Assembly (NCBI GenBank): GCA_905178155.1
Contig: CAJINV010000001.1
Span: 7,385,794 to 7,449,793, forward strand
Source of the DNA: Amoebophrya sp. A120
Taxonomy: Eukaryota > Protista > Dinoflagellata
Direction of reading: 5' to 3'
DNA length: 64,000 bases
Made by a program: the position numbers and the translations under genes. The stretch's first letter is position 1. Every line of letters starts with the position of its first letter. The notes below the pieces were generated by a model. It was not told where the DNA came from. It was given only the letters and a program-made list of their open reading frames with translations, and made no database searches. Below are positions 60,201 through 64,000 of the stretch, in pieces.

Positions 60201-63200
60201 CGAAGGCATCGGTCCAACGCTTCTGGTATTGGTTGTCATTTTTAGCGTCCCAGACCCAGTCATCGACACGCGTGAGCACCGTGAGTAGGTACACTTCACG
60301 CATCACGAGCCCAAAGAGCCCCTTCAATGCCACGTACCAGTTAACAGCAGTGTGGCTTTTGTCTTTCGTCTTCAACTGAATTGCGTGTCCGTAGGGGAAA
60401 AGTGTGTGATCCACCCACTCCAGCTCTGCGTTGCGCGCCGCGAGCTCCGCTTTTCCGACAGCGCGAAGGGCACGGAACTGCTTTTCCAGCGCTTCGGTGC
60501 CCGGTTCGCGCGGCTGCAGCAGGGCCCGCTGCGCCAGCCCGTCCCTGCTATCCGCACCTTCATAGCATCTCGCGTGGCTGTATGTGTAATAAACACTCGC
60601 AGATCTGGTTGTACCATGGGACGATACCGTCTCTTGCTTATGGCGCTCCAACAAAGTGCTTCTGGAGGTCGGCTGCTCCGCAGACGGTCTCCACACGCTC
60701 CAATAGGCGGTTTGCTTTTTGCCACCATTCTTCTTTCTGTTGGGCGTTGTCCAACTTCGCCCGCATGACCAGGCCCACCGCACTGGAGAACCGGGGCGCA
60801 GCACCACCGGAAGCGTTTCCCACACCTCCCGCAGGTACTGCAGCATTTTCTCTCGGGAGAAGACGTTGATAAGGTGATCCTGGATGTTCTGCTGCTGCGC
60901 CAGTGAGTGCCCGGGCTGCTGCTTAAAGAGCGCACGCCACATGTCTTGGAAGAAGCGGACGTGAACCTGCGGCTCCGTTGCGGGCTCGCTTTCGGTGTGC
61001 GCGTAAATGTCCAACCGGACCTGGCGGTGGTCGATGTCCACGACGGGGACAGGTTCCAGTGGCCGCCTGCCTATTTGATTTCGCACGAAGTTCAACCGCT
61101 CCGCGTGATTGGTCTCGGCCTCGGTGCGCCGCGAAGCCTCCAGGTCCTCCAGTAGTCGCTCCATGCGCCGCAGCTGCACCCCCAGAAAGCAGACCGCCAG
61201 CAAAAAGTCGCCCCGTTCCATCTGCTGCGTCTTCCGGAGCCAGTCGCGCCCCGCCGCGTGCAGCTCGTATAAGGAGGCCCGCACCACCAGGATCAGATTG
61301 TCAAGTGGGTGCGACGCGTGGTCCGACGTGTGTTGCACGTTCCCGGGTACCTGCCAGCGCATCTCCGTCGCACGGGCTGCCGCGCGACCCGCCGGTAGTT
61401 GCTGCAGCTCCTGGAGCGAGTTCACCGGGTCTTTGGTTTCAAGGAGCGCCTCGATATCGTTAGGAAGCAGGGCCAAGTTCTTCTCAGCTGCGCCGACGAC
61501 ATCTTTATATGCGTGCGGGTACCGCTCGGCATCGGTTAAGGCCATAACCGCACTGCCCAGCTCCGCCGACACGGAGTGAGTGAGGACGAGCGCGGCCGCA
61601 CGCACGTAGGGAACGCAGGGGCCCTCGCGCAGAAACGCATACTCCTGCGAAAAAGGCTCGAGAGTTTTGCGCCCCCGCGGGTCGGTCGCTGCCGACTCTG
61701 CTGGCCTGACCGCACTAGTCGCCGCTGCCTCGGTTGTCAGGGTAGAGAGGAAGGTTAAGATCGGCTCCCGTCCCGCTGGCGCAGTCTGCAGCAGTGCCAC
61801 CACGTGGCCCGTCCGCGCCGCTAACGTCTCCTGCAAAGCGCGCACGAAGCCGGCGAGCCGCTCCTCGGACGCGAGTGGGGGCGTGCGCCCCGCTGCGGTG
61901 GAAGCCCCGGCCCGGCTGAGCAGGTATTCGAGCACCTGTGTCAACCGCCTTCCTTCCTGTGCACGCGCTTCCGCTTCTTTCACCCAATGACTATCCGTTT
62001 TGGAAAGCCCCCGCAGTTGCTCTTGAATCTTCTCTTTCTGGTCCTTGTACATAGGCAGTACTGCAATGTCTTCGGGACGGAGGGGACCTAATCAAGTGCA
62101 AATACATGAAATACCCCCGCGCGCAACGTCTCACGAACGCGGCACAAGACCATCAAACTTCAACATGCAAAAAGCCCCCTCTAAGCACGTATTACACTAG
62201 AAAAACTCCGTCGTGCTGCTTCCAGCAATCAAGTCTCTAGTAGCATCACATAGCGAATAAAGGCACGAAGGCGAATTATCGGTATGCGCGAGCGGCAGCT
62301 CAACTTCTGGTTTGATAGATCCGTCACGTCCGAAGTGCCAGAAAGCAGTGTCTTGACGATCTGCACGACCATTTGCGCTGATGCCGGGTTGCTGTGCTGG
62401 TCCTCGGCCCCCCGGCGCTTTTTGCGGCCAGAGGCGTCTGATCTGGGTGCGCCCGCGGCGTGGTAGTACTTCCGCAGAGGGTTCACAACGTCTTGCTCCA
62501 ACCGCAGCTCTCGCCTACGCGCCCAGTCAACCGTCTTTTGGTTTATTCGCAAGTTGTGTTCAGAGCCCTGCACCTTCTCCGTCCAGCGATTGTCGTCCAC
62601 GCGACCCCCGAACACGTCCTCGGTAAAGAGACCCGAGAAATGCTCCAGCAGCATCTTCTCGTAGCAGGAGTCGTAAATGGCCAAATTGTTGCCCCACTTG
62701 CGCTCTGCCGGCACGAGCTCTCTTACCTCCGAGGGTGCCCCCGTGTTTTTGGTTCCCTGCATTGTGCCCTCCCAGAGCTTCGGCGCTGGACCTCCCGAAG
62801 CGCCAAAACTGTACTCAAACTTCTTCATGTTGTCATTCATCGCGAGCAGCCCTCGATATGCCGCGGGCCCCAGCGATTTGTCGATTCCGCGCATCGAGGC
62901 CCAGGACGGCATCACTGCGGGGCACTGGTTGCATTGCTCGGAGCCGGCCGTGGTTCCCCGGCGCAGCAATGCTTGTTTCAACACTCGGACTTGTTTCATC
63001 ACGAACGGCGGCAGATCAAACCCAGCCGAGATCGTGGACTGCGCGGTCAACGTGGGGAAATAGACCTCCTCCGATTCTGTGGGCGTGCGAATGCGCTGTT
63101 CGTGCCTCGAAGTGCCGTTCTCGTCGTCGAGACCCCCCAGCTCGAACTGCCTCTCCTGCATCTGGACTGAATTTACGAGCGCGCGCCGGCCCAGCGTGAG

Positions 63201-64000
63201 CCCCAGGTCCACGACCTTAATGGGGATTTCCAGCCCGCTTTTGTCCCCTGGAGCGCCGGAGCTCAGGTCCGCGTGCTTCGCACTCCACACCGCCCCCAAC
63301 GAACTTCCTTGCCGAATCAACCCCGCGGACGGACTTTCCCCCGCCTTCATTGCGCGGTCAAAGACGCTCCTATCAACTCTCAAGCGCTACACTCTCAGCT
63401 TTTTTTACATGAATTTGCGACGCAACAATAGCGCAAGCGAAACGAGGAAGCTCCTGCTCGGGAGTCCCCCCTTACAGATTCGGTACATAAATATTTCGCT
63501 GTTTAGCGCTTGAAGTAGAATTCGTCATGCCAAGTGGCTTGATCGTGTGAAGTCTGATAGGTCTTCTCCGTGAGAAAAATCACACAACAGCTAACAATGT
63601 AACGTTTGAGACTTCCATACCTGCGCTTCAAAGCGTTTACCTCCGCCTGGTCCTCTTCGTAGCGGGTGCTGTGGAAGTGTTTCTGCTTGTGGTTGAGGTC
63701 CGTCTCCAGCTCACCCCGGTAATAGCGGTGCTTGGAAAAGTGCGCAATCCACTCGTTCATGCGACGCTGTACCCGTAGCGTGTCGGCCGCAGAAGGGTAC
63801 TTCGACACCAATTGCTCGAATAAGCTTTCCCGCATATCTACTTCGAAGTTTCCCTCGGTCGCGTGATCTTATCCAGCTTTGCAAAAATTATACAGCGCGT
63901 TGTGGGTTAAGAAGAAAAATGAAAATCTCCGTCACGATGAACTTGTCCGATTTTGTTCGCAAAGGCAGACGATCAAAACGCGGATAGAGCTCATCTTGTC
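45286..64000 (-). CDS. Giant (>4,400 aa, 5'-incomplete) protein with Upf1/Sen1-type SF1 helicase C-terminal motifs
   Basis: At least 12 exons join in frame across 10 introners and one GT-AG intron (~57405-57582). Motifs VSSVDAFQGREKKVII and RLNVAITRAKNLVIVV at ~48085-48260. Stop at 45286. Confidence 0.75.
46858..47183. mobile_element. Degenerate introner intron (326 bp)
   Basis: Ends TATGCA / TATGTA, flanks ACTCG/ACTCT. Removal gives HARV-GDEVHAGKP, joining ORFs 46907-51394 and 45286-46842. Confidence 0.7.
51407..53324. mobile_element. 1.9-kb nested insert with 15-bp TSD CATGCTAGATCTGAA
   Basis: TSD at 51392-51406 and 53325-53339. No convincing ORF; internal short repeats and hairpins. Confidence 0.8.
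53340..53399 (-). mobile_element. 60-bp 5'-truncated retro-like insert with (TTCAA)4 tail, TSD TCTGAA
   Basis: (TTGAA)4 at 53340-53359, TCTGAA at 53334-53339 and 53400-53405. Subtracting it gives the 262-bp empty introner. Confidence 0.65.
54214..54709. mobile_element. Degenerate introner intron (496 bp)
   Basis: TATCCTCTG at both ends. TSD eroded by transitions (CAACC/TGATT). In-frame join LAII-HCIHERAK. Confidence 0.65.
54899..55170. mobile_element. Family-A introner (272 bp), TSD AGAAA
   Basis: Family-A TIR, perfect TSD, body similar to 39770-40029. Removal gives VYAVS-DYIGMHDY. Confidence 0.93.
55785..56182. mobile_element. Introner intron (398 bp)
   Basis: TIR TATTCCGTGAAAATTAACCATCCCCATC / TATGCCCTGGAAATTAAGTAACCATCCCCATC, flanks GCCGC/ACCGT. 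In-frame join PVYG-VVPSFK. Confidence 0.8.
56276..56559. mobile_element. Introner intron (284 bp), TSD GCGTC
   Basis: TIR TATTCAGATGAAAAATGCCCCAAGCCCAGAACTT / TATTACAATGAAAAATGCTCCCACCCCGGAACTT, perfect TSD. In frame after removal. Confidence 0.88.
56805..56976. mobile_element. Introner intron (172 bp)
   Basis: ~32-bp TIR containing AAAAAGCAGGCAGGGCMTACTT, flanks TCCAG/TCAAG. Removal gives RGGLD-VEYIPG. Confidence 0.85.
57954..58268. mobile_element. Introner intron (315 bp)
   Basis: TIR TGTCAAGTTGAAAAC / TATCCAGTTGAAAAC, flanks GGCCT/GGCGA. Removal gives KLAR-QWLLHAAH...LPGVQQ in frame. Confidence 0.78.
62090..62317. mobile_element. Degenerate introner intron (228 bp)
   Basis: Ends AATCAAGTG / TATCAAACC, flanks GACCT/GATCC. 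Removal gives VTD-PLRPEDIAVLPMYKD. Confidence 0.55.
63371..63619. mobile_element. Introner intron (249 bp)
   Basis: TIR TATCAACTCTCAAGCGCTACACTCTCAGCT / TATGGAAGTCTCAAACGTTACATTGTTAGCT, flanks GCTCC/CCTGC. In-frame join LKRR-VFDRAMK; a GT..AG splice is also possible. Confidence 0.7.

Overview
Eukaryotic (alveolate-type) genomic DNA with one assembly gap (32584-33481). All ~14 recognisable genes are on the minus strand. They include a cytoplasmic dynein intermediate chain, an alveolate DrpB/DYN1-type dynamin, a GCR1/cAMP-receptor-like 7TM protein, a tropomodulin-type LRR protein, a BAR-like protein, a DUF5522/C1orf53-like protein, and a >4,400-aa protein with Upf1-type SF1 helicase C-terminal motifs that runs off the right edge. 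The main signal is at least 19 introns that look like DNA transposons ('introners'). They have terminal inverted repeats (consensus TAT-N6-GAAAA) and 5-bp target-site duplications, most lack GT-AG ends, and removing element+5 nt gives an in-frame join in every case. This, plus the one-directional gene order, resembles the syndinian parasite Amoebophrya (inference). Two copies of one introner family are expanded to 2.3-2.5 kb by retrotransposition-like insertions (long TSDs, poly(A) or (TTCAA)n tails). All of these insert 57-58 nt from the introner end, and removing them gives exactly 262 bp in both copies. This suggests retroelements that target introners. All coordinates were read by eye; there is no transcript evidence.
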